DNA of 64,000 nucleotides, taken from positions 73,966,001 to 74,030,000 of the forward strand of contig CM052822.1 of the NCBI GenBank assembly GCA_028534125.1, in the 5' to 3' direction. A program made the translations under genes and the position numbers. The stretch comes from Lama glama (taxonomy: Eukaryota). Positions 1-19,900 of this stretch are shown piece after piece. The notes below the pieces were generated by a model. It was not told the DNA's origin. It saw only the letters and a list, made by a program, of their open reading frames with translations, and did not search any database. Numbering within the stretch: position 1 is the stretch's first letter; each line of letters opens with the position of its first letter.

Positions 1-1140
1 CAGACCATAGGATGCATTTTGGATCAAGTTCAGAAACAGACAAAACTAACCCGTGGTGTTTTAATCAGGGAAGTGGGTGGTCACCCCAGGGTGGGAGTGG
101 GAGTGACTGGAGGGCGAGGGGAGGGGCCACGAAGGTGACTTCTACGATGCTGGCAATGTTTCTTGATGGGATGCTGATTAAACAGGTAGGTCCAGTTTGT
201 GAAGATCTATAAAGCTGTGCATTTATAACATGTTTATAAAAGCAATTTATTGCTTTTCTGTATGAACATTACACACCAACAAAATGTTCAAAAAGTAAAA
301 TTAGGGTACACACTACTTATGGTAAGCCTGTAGACCTGCCACCTAAATGCATCTACAGTTACCACTGGGATTTTATGGCCTTGCCATGTTTAGATGTTTC
401 CCGTGGAAAGGTTGTTGTAGCATGTAGTGCTGAGCTGTTTCCGTGGCAGCATGTGATGTGGCTCAGCCTTCTAGAAGATGTCAGTGCCACTAGCGACCAG
501 GGCAATGGAGGGAGACTGAGAGCTGTTTCCCACCTATCAAACTGGCTGAGATGCTAAGGACTGGTCACACCCAGTGTTGACAGGAGTGAGGAAAGAGCAC
601 CCTCTACCCTGATGCTGGAGGACGATTTGATGACCCCATCGAGCTTTTATGTCCTCTGACTCAGCGATTCCCTTTCTAAGGACTACCCTACTGAAATACG
701 CAAATGAGGAACCGCGCGTGTGAGTGTTTGCGCATTGCGTGTGGATCATCCAGACATCCTGTCAGAGGGAAGTCTTATACATGATGGTTCCTACAAATGA
801 GGGCATCCTATGTAGTCACTCAAAAGAATGAGGTCAGTCCTGGTGTGCTGACCTTGAAGAACATCCAAGATAGGTTATTGACGAACAGCAGGGAAGTATA
901 ATATGGTCTCGCTTTTATTTTTAAAAAATAAACTATAAATATAGATATGTATGTAAGTACAATGAAATAAAGGCTAGAAAGTTAAACAGCTGTCCATGGT
1001 ACACATGCCTTAGGGGATCAAACTGGGGAAGGATAGAGTTTCTCTTTCATTACTTTACCCACTTCTGTAACATTTTCAAAAAGTCAATACCTTTTATTTT
1101 TGAAATTTTCAAAAGACAAAAAGGTACAAATAATAATAAT
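1..1140 (+). mobile_element. Degraded LINE-1 3' fragments in a NOS3 intron
   Basis: AT-rich with L1-like motifs (GACTCAGCGATTCCCTTTCTAAG, AAAAGAATGAGGT, AAGCTGTGCATTTA). Boundaries approximate. Confidence 0.45.
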
Positions 1141-1181
1141 AAGGACCAGCCTGGTGCAGGACAAACTCCTATACAGTTTGA

Positions 1182-8839
<7,658 letters not shown>

Positions 8840-10183
8840 GAGCCCGCTTGCTTTCCACTTCAGTTCCCGGAAAGAGGGGCCATCAGTCCACGACGGCGGT
8901 GCCGCTCTCCTGTCTGCCGGACCAGGACCAGCCACCTCCCCCGCCCCCTTCCCGAGGTGCCTTCCCACGCCTGTCCAGAGACTGGCCTTATTCCCGGGAA
9001 TGTCTCTATCTCTCTCTAGGCCTGTTTCCCTAACCCAGGTCTGAGTAAATCTGGAAGGCCCCTCCGAGCAGTGGTGTTCCTGAGCCTACTGTCAGCCCTT
9101 TAGTGTTGATTAGGTGAATTTTAGATTCCCCTCATCTCTTTCAGGAAGGAGTATCTTATCTTGAAACCTGATCTCTAAATCATTCAAATATTTATTACTG
9201 AAGATTCACCATAAGAGACTGGACCAGAAGTTATGAGAGCTACTAAGATGTGTGACCCAGCACTGTCAATTACAGTTACAGAATGACAAGCTTTGTCTTT
9301 TAACTTCTGCAGTGAGAGGGAGGTGGAGGGGGTAATTCTTTGACTGGGAGTCCTGCCCTACACACTCCTCTCTGACCCAGCCCTCTAAAAACATGGTTTC
9401 CAGCCAATTACGGGCAATTCTGTTGTGTCGCTCCTTTGATCTTGACTGAGAAGCAGATGCAGCCCTCAGCTACCAGGAGTGGGGATTCCAGGCACTAAGG
9501 TCACAAACATGTGCACAGCCAGGAGTAACCTTTACTGCTTGTTTCAGACAGGATGAGAAACCACACCCACTTCCTCAGGCGTCACACCAAGGCTGAACTC
9601 CAAAAACAGCAGGCCTCCCTAGAGGCTTTCCACTCACCCACCCCCATCGCCCTCCACGAGTCCCAGGGGAACCTGAAGGCCAGGCGAGCTTGAAGAACCT
9701 ACTGCCTTTCAGATCCAGTCCCTCATTGCTCCCTTCTGTGTAGCTTGGCCTCCACCTTGGCCCAGCCCTCCATGTTGAGGTCACTCGGGAACTTCTTCCC
9801 AGGCAACCACTCCAGGACAAATAGTTGTCCCCTTTGCCCCTCCATGTGGGCTCTAACATGTGTTTCCAGCTGCCTTGGGCATCTCCTCTCCTACCCTTTC
9901 TCTGCTCTCTGGGGCCAGGGCGTCACTGACTCCAAGTCCTGCCCAAATCCCCAACTAAAGCGTCCATGGGGGTCTTTAAGGGGGGCTTGGCACGTCCTTC
10001 CACTCCAGTTCGTCTGATCTCCTGGGGCTGGAGAAGCCAGGAAACCTGGAGAAGGAGAAAGCTCTTTGCAAACAGTCCAGGGGTTTGGGTTCCCAGGATT
10101 CCCATCCCTCCAAGTCTGACTCCACCCGATTCCCTACTCATTCCCTCATGCCAGTTAGGTAATACTGACCTTAAGGAGCCCTC

Positions 10184-13100
10184 TCAGTCAATGCTAGGGG
10201 CCTGGCTAGGTTCCTTCTGCGTGTCTGTGGGCTCCTGAAACCCTCCAGGGAACAGATTCTGGGCCCTCTGGGTTCTCCACTGCTGTCTGGGGCTGGAGGC
10301 GGGACTGGAGCCTGATGAGAAATCCATCAGCTGGGCAGTGCCATGATGCCTGCTGCTCACCCAGAGTCTGTCCCCTGCACACCCCGACCACCTCACCATC
10401 ACTCGACCAGGAAGGCTTCTCCTCATCCGGCGAGAGAGTCTGTGGGGGGCTGGACCAGGGCCTGGACAGGCAGGAGGCTGAAGCCTCCCCCCACAGTTCT
10501 TGCTGCTGCTGCTGCTGATGGAGCTAAAAGGAAGGGAGAAGAATGAGGGGTTCCCTTCTGCCCAGCAGCGTGAGGCCCAGCCCCTAGGCTACGTACAGAG
10601 GGTGTTGAAACCTCCTACCCAGCTCCTGTTGGATAATTTCTTACACTCCAGCCCCCTCCACAGTCTCCATTTGTTTTGAGGCTTTCTCCCCATCTATCTC
10701 GCATCCCTCTACTCACCTGGTATAGGTAGATGGCATGGAGACTCATCTCAGCAGATGCAAGTTCTGGGAGCTGGGCCAGCTTCTGGCCCCCAGTGCCTCC
10801 TGGGGACACACAGCTGAAACAGAAGGTGCAATAGATCAGAAAGACATGCCCTTTCCCCCCTGCACTCCACAAGGAACGTCAGGCTTTATCTCCTCGTCCT
10901 GCTCAGCCCCCCAGTACCCCTGCATTGGTCAGCCCCACCACCCCTGACCCCTGCATCTCAAGTCCCCACCCCTCACCTTGAGTCCTGGCCAATTCGGGAA
11001 ATGGAGGCCAGGAGGCTGGCTGTGGCTGCAGCTGGGCAAGGGGCTGTGGGGCTCAGGTCCTGTGGGGGCAGGAGGGGCTGCACCAAGAGGTTGGCCAGGA
11101 AGGTCTCCGGCTGGGAGCAAGAGAAGAGAGGGTCAGAAGAGAGGACAGAAGGGGAGGGAGGAGGGCTAAGTAAGGTGGGAGAGCAGGCTGAACGAGTGAG
11201 TAGGTTAATGCAAAAGGTGAGGCTGAGGGAGGAGAGAGGAGGGGAGGGGAGAGGAGGGGGCAGGGTGTGAAGGTGGAAGGGCAAACCAAGCTTCAACTCA
11301 CCAGAGGTGAGGAAGAGTTGCTGAGGACCCCGGGGGTGGGGGGACTGCGAATGGAGTTGGCGCCCCAGGTGGCTGCATCTTGTTGTACCCGGCCTCGAAG
11401 GTGCCCTAGGAACTTGGAGCTGTGGCCTGGGGGGCGCCATTGTGGATGAACTAGGGAGAACCTCATCAAGGACAGTTCAGTCTTCCCATCCTCGGCACGC
11501 TGAGATAGTGAGGCCTCTGTCTGTCCCTCCGAGAGCCACTGAAAGCAACGACAATCCTTCAAGTGCCGCGAACACTGCTTGTATACCTGCAGTGGGTGCC
11601 TCGTGGGGTGGGCAGGATGGAAGACAATAGCCCCATTTTCCAGGTGAAAGGATGGAGGTCACAATGGGGACTTGCTCAAGATCACCCAAAAACACAGCAG
11701 CAGAGCAGAACTTGGGTCCAGATCCAGCACTGGGATGTAGGCTCAATGTTCTGCCAGCAGGTGCACACTGGATGCCAGGGCCTGCCTTACAGCTTTGGTC
11801 AGGAAACCCATCCTTACTCCAGCCCCATCCACTGATCAACCTGTTTTCCAGCCATTCTAGCGGTCTTGGCTCCCATTTACTGGTGTCAGGATGTGCTGGA
11901 ACTCTGTTAGGGCTTTATACACGTCATCTCATGTAATCCTCATGATAGCCCTGCACGTCGGTCACTGTCCTCGTTTGACAAACGAGGGCATTAGGTACAG
12001 GGAAGTGAGGTGATTAGCTCAAGGTCACAGGTGGCAAGCCATGGAGCTGGGGGTGGAACCCAGCTCTGCTTTGAGTGAGGCAAGCAAACTCCTACCTAAC
12101 CACAACCCGGCACAGCCAGGGAAAGGCTCTAACCTGAGGGTGGCCGTGGCGCTTCACATCCATAAGGGCAAAGGAACAGATGTCTCCAACCCCGGCCACA
12201 TCCACAGTGAAGTGATGAAAAAAGTCAATAATCTCCAAGGCGCGAGGGCGGAACCAGAAGAGCAGAAACAGTGGGGTGAGGAGAGGGGACAGGAGCTCCT
12301 CCGTGAGGGAGACCTGGAGAAGCAGGGGCGAGGCTGAGAAGGGGTTGCTGAGGGCAACCACACTAGCCAGGCAGGAAACCTCCAACTCCGTCATTCCGTC
12401 TTTCCCAGACTCCCGGGATAGCCAGCCCTGAGCCCGTTTGTCCCCGCCCTCTCCCAGACCTCGAGGTTTACACAGCCTCCTCGGCAGCCCCATTTCAGCC
12501 TGGACCCTCACCGCTCGGTACTGCAACAGCCGCGCCATCTGCCGGTAAGCGCTGGCCTTGCCGGCAGGGCCGGTCTCCTCCGGCAGGTAGTGCATGTGGG
12601 CCAAGGCCGCCTGCAGCAGGAGCTGCGGTGAACGACTTTGGGCCTGCTCATCCGGAATGAAAGACCTAGAGGGCGGCATCGGGGTGGAGAAGGGGCCGGC
12701 GAGTAAAGAGGATGTGCGGGTGGGATGCATTAGCGGTGGGAGGGGTAGAGATTCGCGAGAGGTTCAGCCCCAGGCCGGAAGAACGCCCCCCTCCCTGGGC
12801 ATCTCCCACCACACCTGGCCACGGTGGCCAGGATCCCGAGGGCAGTCATGGCAGTGAGCACGTGCTCCACGGCGAGCACATCCTCGTCGTAGACGGTGAG
12901 CACCAGCAACGCGGCGAAGAGCGCGCCGGCGAAGAAGACGAGCTGGCGGGCCAGCAGCGCGAGCAGGGGCGCGGGGGGCGCGGCGGCGCGCAAGAAGGCG
13001 GCGGCGGGGCGGTAGGCGCGGGCCAGGCGCGCGCGCAGCTCGTGCGGCAGCTCGTTGAAGTGGCGCAGCTGCAGGCGGGCCAGGCGGGACCAGCGGCGCG

Positions 13101-16100
13101 TGCCCAGCGCGCCCGGCTCGCGCCGCAGCAGCTCGGCGTGGCTGTAGAAGGCGTGCAGCACCTGCCAGGCCAGCACCAGAGGGCTCAGCGCCAGGTTCAC
13201 GACGGCCAGCAGCAGCACCGAGCGCCGCCAGCGCGCGGCCAGGGCGGCCCGCTGGTCGCTGCGCTTGTAGGCGTCGGGCAGCTCCCAGCCGCCGCGGAAG
13301 AGCGAGAAGGGCCCGCGGAAGAGGAGCAGGTCGACGTTGAGCGCCAGGCCGCGGCTGAGGAAGGCCACGCTGCCTCCCCAGGGCAGCGCGCAGCGGGCCG
13401 GCAGCAGGCCCTTGTTGGCCAGCGCCACCTGGTAGTTGGTGTAGCGCAGGATGCGATGGTGGACGTCCAGCTCCGTCAGCGGCCTCGGCTGCACGCACAG
13501 GCCCCCGCTCCTCTGCAGCGCCAGGAGGCGGGACTGCACCTCTGCCCAGGACACTGAGCCGAGCTCCCCCTGAGGAGAGGGGACGGCTGAGAGCCAGCGA
13601 CCTGGATTCCTCTCCACAGTGGTGCCCACACTCACCGTGACCAGAGTCCCTGAGTGTCCTCCCGTGCCCACCACTCTCACCCAGTGTCCCTCAGGCATGA
13701 CACCTGTCACCTTCCGCTCTCTGCCTTCTCGCCCTCCCTTTACCTTGTCTCTAACAAGGGGAACCCTTACTTCCTCTCATCTGCTTCTGAATTGTGTTCC
13801 TCACGCCCCTGCCACTCCTGAGGCCATGAGCCCTGTGCTTCCCAGGGACACCTCCTAAGCTAAACTCTACGCCTATCTGAGCTCAGCTGCTTAAGAGCAG
13901 ATTTTCCTGAGCACCCCCTACCACACACACACACAGAGCCCTACACGTAGAAGGCACATCCCAGCTGCAGGTAACAGGGAAATCCCTCTTCCCCGTTCCT
14001 AGGGTACCCACCAACCCAGAAGCCTCACCACTTTTTACCTCAGCCTGCTTTGAGAATCCCAGCCCCATCCCATTCTGTCAGATTAACCTTCCTAAGACAA
14101 TGGCCACATCTGGCCATGGAGGTGAGGGCTGTCAGATCTCACTCCGATCTCATCTGCAAACCTCATTTTAGCCCAGTTTCACCCAGCTTCCCCAGTCCAG
14201 CTTAGTCAAGTCCCTCCAGGCCAGCCTCTCCAGTCCATCCCAGGGTCTCCCCTTCCCCTGGAAGGAATAGGGGCAATGAGGAAAGAAGGAAGGAGAAAGA
14301 AGGGTCAGCTGATTCCCAGCGGAGCAGCGGTCCAGCTCCTGATCTTCCCTGCCTCCACCCCTGCCCCCGTGACTCTTCCCTGTGCTATGGTTTGTGCTCT
14401 CCTACTCAAAGGGGCTTTCTGAAACCTCTCCCTTTTGCTGTACAGGAGAGCTGTGCAGAAGGTTCTGCACTTCTGAGGGGAGAAGGTAGCCTCTGTGCTT
14501 TGCCTTAAGGAAAGAATTTGGGTACAGAGCCAGAAGGAGTGTGAGCAAGGCAGGGAGGAGAGAAAGAGGAAAGCGTGACCAGGGACAGTGAAGGGGCCTG
14601 TGAAGTGGCTTCCTGCAATCAGGGGGAAGGCCAGAAAGGGAGGCAGGATTACCCACTGGGGACTGGAACTCTCAGATGCAGGCTGGTGGGTCAGTCTCCT
14701 CACTGCTGCCCACAGAGTTCAGTGTTTCCCCCCTCCCTGCCCAAGGCTTGGAATGCGTCCCCACCTCCTACCCTTCCCAGCCCCATCCCAATCCCCCCTG
14801 CCCTGTAAAGCCAGATGACTGCCCTTCCTCTAAATACCCACTGCCTGAACCACAAGCACGTGACCATACATCTTCTATAACCATCTAAATCAACTAAGCT
14901 CCACCACAGTAAGGGCCTTGTGTTACAAGTGGTAACCCACCTCCTAATAATATTCTGGGCCAAGGGTAGGGGTCAGTAAGTCCTTCTGCCCTTTTTCCAG
15001 TAGGTCCTTCTGTCTCTGCAGCCCCTCACTCCTCCCCATCCTCTTCCCCTCTGACGTTGTACCGCTCCTCAGACATGCTCACCCAACTCACCGGGGGAAT
15101 GTGGAGGGCTTCCCTGTAAAACACTTGGATGTCCCAGTAGCTGAAGAGGTTGCAGACAGAGCGAAGCAGCTGGAACAGCCAGAAGGCAGTAGCCAGGATC
15201 AGAAGGAAGACCAGCAGAGAGCTGGAGTGGATCCTGTGTCGGGTGGGACAGACAGGAAGTAGGGGCCCGGTAGCAAGGGAGACCAGACTTGGGGAGCGAT
15301 GGGGGTCATTGAGAGGGGACCCAGCCAGGCCGGTCGTTCTCAAAGTGTGGGCCCTGGGGCTCCCCAGACCCTCGCAAGTATCTACAAGGTCAAAACTTTT
15401 CAGATATTAAGGTTTTCTGCCATTTTAATTTTCATTCTCTCAAGAATATACAGAGGATTTTTCCAGAGGCTACATGACATCACATTCACAGTCAATGGAA
15501 TGTGTGCTTGGACATTTTCAGGTTTTAAAGCTGTTCTCAGCTTGAATCTCAAATAAGGTAAATAGAGATAGATTTGATTCCAATAAGCAAAATCTCTTGG
15601 GAGTTGAGTTCTCAACTAATTTTAAGTGTATTAAAGGTGTCCCAAGACCAAAAACTTGGAGAACAGCTGGTCTAGACCAAAAGACACAAGCATCTGCTAG
15701 TCCCCTCCATCACCTCCCCCAGCGGCTGTCACTCACCGCTGGGCACACTGGGATGAGGGTAGGATGGCATCCGACAAGGTCACTTTGCTGTGGAGCAGCC
15801 CAGGTCTTGTGCGGTTATTTGGTTGGTTGGCAAAGAGAACATTGTAATCCACGCAGCGAAGGAGGAAGGTGGTGAAGGTGACAATGAAAATGAATTGTCT
15901 GGGACGGCAAGGAGTGCAGTGGTCAGGCCCAAGGGCCAGTGGGCTCCAGCCCCAGCCTCCAGACTGGCCTGGTTAACCCAACCTGCTGAGCCCTGGGGCT
16001 GCCTGGGGAGGCAGTCGGGGAACTAGAAGCAGCAGGCGCTACTGAGGAAATGAGAGGAAGAGTTTGGGGCCAGGGACAAGCATCTCACCCCAGCTGGAAG

Positions 16101-17036
16101 ACATCCTCCAGCAGGATACAGGCAAAGCCGCTCCTCTGGTGGTAGCTGTAGATGTGGCTGCCCGTCAAGAAATAAGCCTGAGGTGTGATGATGGGCCTTT
16201 CCTGAGGACGCCTCCCCCTCCCTCCCCCAAGTCCCCAACCCACTGCACCCCTGGCTCCCTGCCTCCAGTGCCACTGCTGCCAGGCCAAGCACAAAAGGAT
16301 ATCTTGGTGAAGAAGCTGTCCAGGTTCTGGATATGGTGCCAGGAGCCTGGGCACAGAGGGAAGAGCATGGGGACTCGGCTCTCACCGGGACAATTCTCCA
16401 TGTCCTCAAGCTACTGCCAGAGGCCTAGTCCAGAGGAAACTCTGGAGCCCCCAGACCCTCCCCAGCCCCCGCCACTACCCACTCACCTCGGAGTCCTTCA
16501 GGTACATGAAGCAGGGGCTGCTGCTCCTCCCCGTGGAGGGGTGAATCTTGGGACCCCTCAGGGTCACAGTCCTCCAGCCGCTCATAATCCTGCTCAGGGA
16601 TCAGAGGGCCTATCCGAAGCCCAGGAGGGTCCTGGGGGCACCGGCATGGGGGAGGGGGAGTCACCGAGGCCAAGGGTGGGGCAGAGTGGGAACCCCAGGA
16701 GGGGGGTACAGAGATGGGTGTCATCGCAGGCCTGGCCTGCATTGTGGGGGTGGCTGGGGTGGAGATGGCACTATGGTGAGGCTGAGAAGCCCCTGACACC
16801 TGCACCGCTGGGCAGGGGGGCCCCAGGGCTGAAGGAGGAGCCGAGGACGGGGCACTTCTTGTGTGAGGGGCAGGGGACAGAGAGAAGATGGAGACCCTCC
16901 CTCCCCCAGGCCCCCGACTTGGAGGAGGAGGAAGAGGAGGCAGTGGCATGGGGAGGAGGGGCACTGATCCAGGCCCCAAGTCTCCCCACCGCCCCAACCG
17001 CCCCCTGGTCCCCCCCCAACCCATTCGCCTCACCAT
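10184..17036 (-). CDS. ATG9B: Autophagy-related protein 9B (lipid scramblase family), 13 coding exons, 924 aa
   Basis: Minus-strand exons 17036-16487, 16346-16303, 16153-16089, 15898-15737, 15233-15092, 13569-12815, 12665-12512, 12313-12134, 11538-11302, 11110-10977, 10813-10717, 10523-10397, 10311-10184 total 2775 nt. Pro-rich N-terminus MVRRMGWGG and ATG9 motifs WHHIQNLDSFF, HRILRYTNY, RHFNELPHEL, GDICSFA, DGKTELSL. Intron 2 is AT-AC. Confidence 0.96.
11873..12070 (-). mobile_element. MIR SINE
   Basis: Recognisable core: TCTCATGTAATCCTCA...GCTCAAGGTCACAG...GGAGCTGGG...GAACCCAG. Confidence 0.7.
15331..15669. mobile_element. Non-autonomous hAT-Charlie DNA transposon (MER-type) in ATG9B intron 4
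   Basis: Imperfect terminal inverted repeats CGGTCGTTCTCAAA ... TTGGAGAACAGCTG, followed by GTCTAGAC (Charlie NTCTAGAN target consensus). Confidence 0.7.
16154..16302 (-). other. ATG9B: U12-type AT-AC intron (ATG9B intron 2)
   Basis: Donor ATATCCTTT, branch TTTCTTGAC 10 nt before terminal CAC. Removal restores FFTK-IYSYHQR. Confidence 0.93.
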
Positions 17037-18836
17037 CAGGCCAGCGGCTTCTCCTGAAAGCTTGGAAGGATGGGAGATGCTGCAGTTCCCGCCGAGGTCT
17101 GGCTGAGCAGGGACTTCAACAAGACCAGTGACAACAACAGCCTGGTGACTCAGGTGGGGCAGGCCTCAGGCGTCCCAACTCGTAGTCACCTGTCTGACCA
17201 CTCACACCTCTTCCAGGGCAACCTGCAGCCAAACCTCTTAGGGCCCCACCTCTAGCCTGGCAGGGACAGCAGCTGGGGAGGCAGGAGCTGAAGAACATCA
17301 GATCGAAGGAGATCCCTGCTGTTCCATCTTCAGACTCCCAGTGGATTTCAGGGGAGGCCAGAGGGCAGCCGCCAATAACAAAAGCAAAGAGAATCCTATT
17401 AAGGACTATAGGACTCTGGGGTCAAGATAGTAAATCTTTGATTTCTTAAAACCTTATCTCTCCTCCCTGCATATACACACACAGAGTGATCAACAGAGAA
17501 ATGCTTTAAGACAAAAAACAGTAAGAAAGAAAAAAAAAGACAAGAAAGGCTGTATGTTTTGTGTGTGTGACAGTACTAAGGAAGGGAAAAGGGGGAGACT
17601 GCCTGACTTTGCAACCAGGTTGGGGGAAACTAAGGAGAGTAAAATAGGAGAGGTAATTATCTTGGATGTGAGATGGTTCTGGGAGCTTACAGTAGAAAAG
17701 TGGGGCTTCTTGGATGCGCCACTATGTTTACTTGTTTACTTATTTATCCTCTTGAAACCCTCTCCCCTAAATCCTGATCCAGTTTCTGGGGCCTTCTGAG
17801 AAGCATCAGGGTTGATGGCAGAGGGCAGCTGAGGGCATGGAATTTGGAAGGATAATTTCGGTGCCCCATGAATGAACTGACTGAGTTGACTTCCTTGTTG
17901 TCACCTCAACGAGGAGGCGGAGGCCCAGGCAACTGGTTTGGTGGCTTGTCCAACGCCATTCTTGAGTCCCTGAATCATCAGGCTACCTACTGAAGGCCAT
18001 TCCAGAGGTGCTGACTCAGCCACCCAGGTGTCAGAGCCACCAGGGCTTAGGCTCCAGGGCTGCTGTAGAGACCAGTATGCAGGAACCGGAGAGAGAGGAA
18101 CAGAACATTTCCCATGTTGTCCACCAGAGGAACTTAGAGGCAGTCGAGGAATTGCTCACAAAATTTGAGTCCAGGTACACCTATTTTTTCCTTGCGCCTC
18201 CTTCCTGTGAGGGGCATTGTCACAGTAGCTCAGGACTTGCATAGTTTTATCCCCTAGCAGGAGGCTGAACTATAAAAACAGGATTCCTAGTGCCCAAAAT
18301 GGAATCCCACACTGCAGAGGGGCTAGGAAATTTCCATGATCTCTCTGAGATGTCTGTCAAGATGGGTTACAAGGGGTTTCCTCTGGTCTTTTCCCAACCT
18401 CATTCACCCTGAGATACTCCACCATACTCACTTTAGGACTCTCCTATATCCCTCCGCACCCAGCTCAACCTCAGACTAATCCTGGCACATTTTCCTACCG
18501 AGTTTCACTCCAGATTCATCAATGGACAGCCTTCCTACCACCACCCCCAATTCAAGTCCGTTTATTATAAAGGAGACTTTTCCCTGCCAGGCATTTGGAG
18601 GGGAAGGAGGAGACGGATGAATGAGACAGAGCCACTACCCAAAAGGAAGTCACAGCCCAGTGAGGGAGACAGCTATGCAAACAAATCATTACACATAAGA
18701 AATAAATAAGCACACAAAGGTACAAGAGTTGTGCTTTGGCAGCCTCAGGCAAGCGAGCCTGATATACCGTGAGGAAGGCATCTGCTGGGGAGACGGAACA
18801 GAGGCCGTGCGGTGATAAGCTACAGTGCCTCCACAC

Positions 18837-18998
18837 CAGTGGTTCTAAACCATTGCGTAGGGGGAAGCGTATCAGAATCACCAGAGGAGTTCTTTTCCAA
18901 GTATAAGTGACTGTCGTCCCCGGAGCTCTGATTCGCCCGGGGAGGAGTGTGATGAGCAACGTGCACTTATTTTGAAAAAACGCTCCAGACGATTTTTG
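18837..18998. mobile_element. MER5-like hAT relic upstream of the ABCB8 promoter
   Basis: CAGTGGTTCTAAAC terminus and ATCAGAATCACC motif. Confidence 0.5.
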
Positions 18999-18999
18999 T

Positions 19000-19900
19000 C
19001 CCTTCGTCACTCAGAACCAGCACTCTACCCTCCCTCGGGACTCCAGGACGTCTCGAGTCCGCTAGAAGCACCCATAAGAGAACAGCCCCGAGGTCAGCAG
19101 CTGACGCGTTACTATGGATACCCCGGGGCGGGGGGCGTACAGCGCACACCCTCAAAACGTCACTCCAGAGCCTACTCCAGCGGCGGTCAGAGGACGGTGC
19201 CACATCCTGCTTGGCCCCAGGCCAGGACTGGGGGCGGGTTATAGGCGGCTCTCTCCAGTCACAGCTCCAGAAGAAGACGAGCGAACAAGGTGTTCTCCAA
19301 TCACAGCTTGCAACGAAATTGACGTTTCTTTCCGCCAATCATCGCCAAGTGGCGAGGGGGTTGTCGGGATGGGGGCCGGAGCCAACATGGAGCCCTCAAT
19401 GGGATAAGGGTGAAACCGCTGCTGCTGGCTGCTCCTGTTCTCCCTCGACCATGCTGGTGCACTTATTTCGGGTCGGGATTCGGGGTGGCCCTGTCCCAGG
19501 CAGGCCGCTGCTACCCCTCCGCTTCCAGACATTCTCGGCCGTCAGGTAAAAAGGGACAAACCTACGGGAGCGCGGGCCATTGACCTGCCGGCAGGGCGTG
19601 GGGCCTGCCGGGAGATAGAGTCCCGGGCTCGCGCGAGGCCTGCTGGGAGTTGTAGGCTGGCCCGGCCCAGAGCTGAATGTCGCTCCCTGAGGGATTGGCC
19701 TCAATTATTTATAGCGACGACCCAGGTACCAGCAAGAGACTCGGCGCGTCTGTATCAGCACGTGTGGGCTGGACGGAGGGGACGCTCCGGGGTGGTGACC
19801 ACTCCCGACCTGTACTCCCCACCAGGGGGCGCCATTTTGCACGGATGTTCGGGCCCCCGTTTCCTGCCCCTGTCCTTGTTCTTGGAATTGGTCTTGCGAT
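19000..19900 (+). promoter_or_regulatory. ABCB8: ABCB8 CpG-island promoter with tandem CCAAT boxes
   Basis: CCAATCA at about 19297 and 19335, GGGGCGG at about 19231, TGACG half-sites, high CpG density around exon 1. Confidence 0.7.

Noticed and set aside
10500-10517. CAG repeat / polyQ in ATG9B
   Set aside because: Only 6 Gln, similar to the ortholog as I recall it; not an expansion.
12712-13557. Overlapping 244-281 aa ORFs over ATG9B exon 6
   Set aside because: Extreme GC3 in a CpG-island exon suppresses stops in alternative frames.
16300-16303. Apparent missing GT donors in ATG9B and CDK5 suggesting pseudogenisation
   Set aside because: Both are consensus U12 AT-AC introns and the frames close correctly.
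16064-17131. 355-aa plus-strand ORF antisense to ATG9B exons 1-3
   Set aside because: Non-ATG start; antisense shadow of a Pro-rich GC-rich exon.
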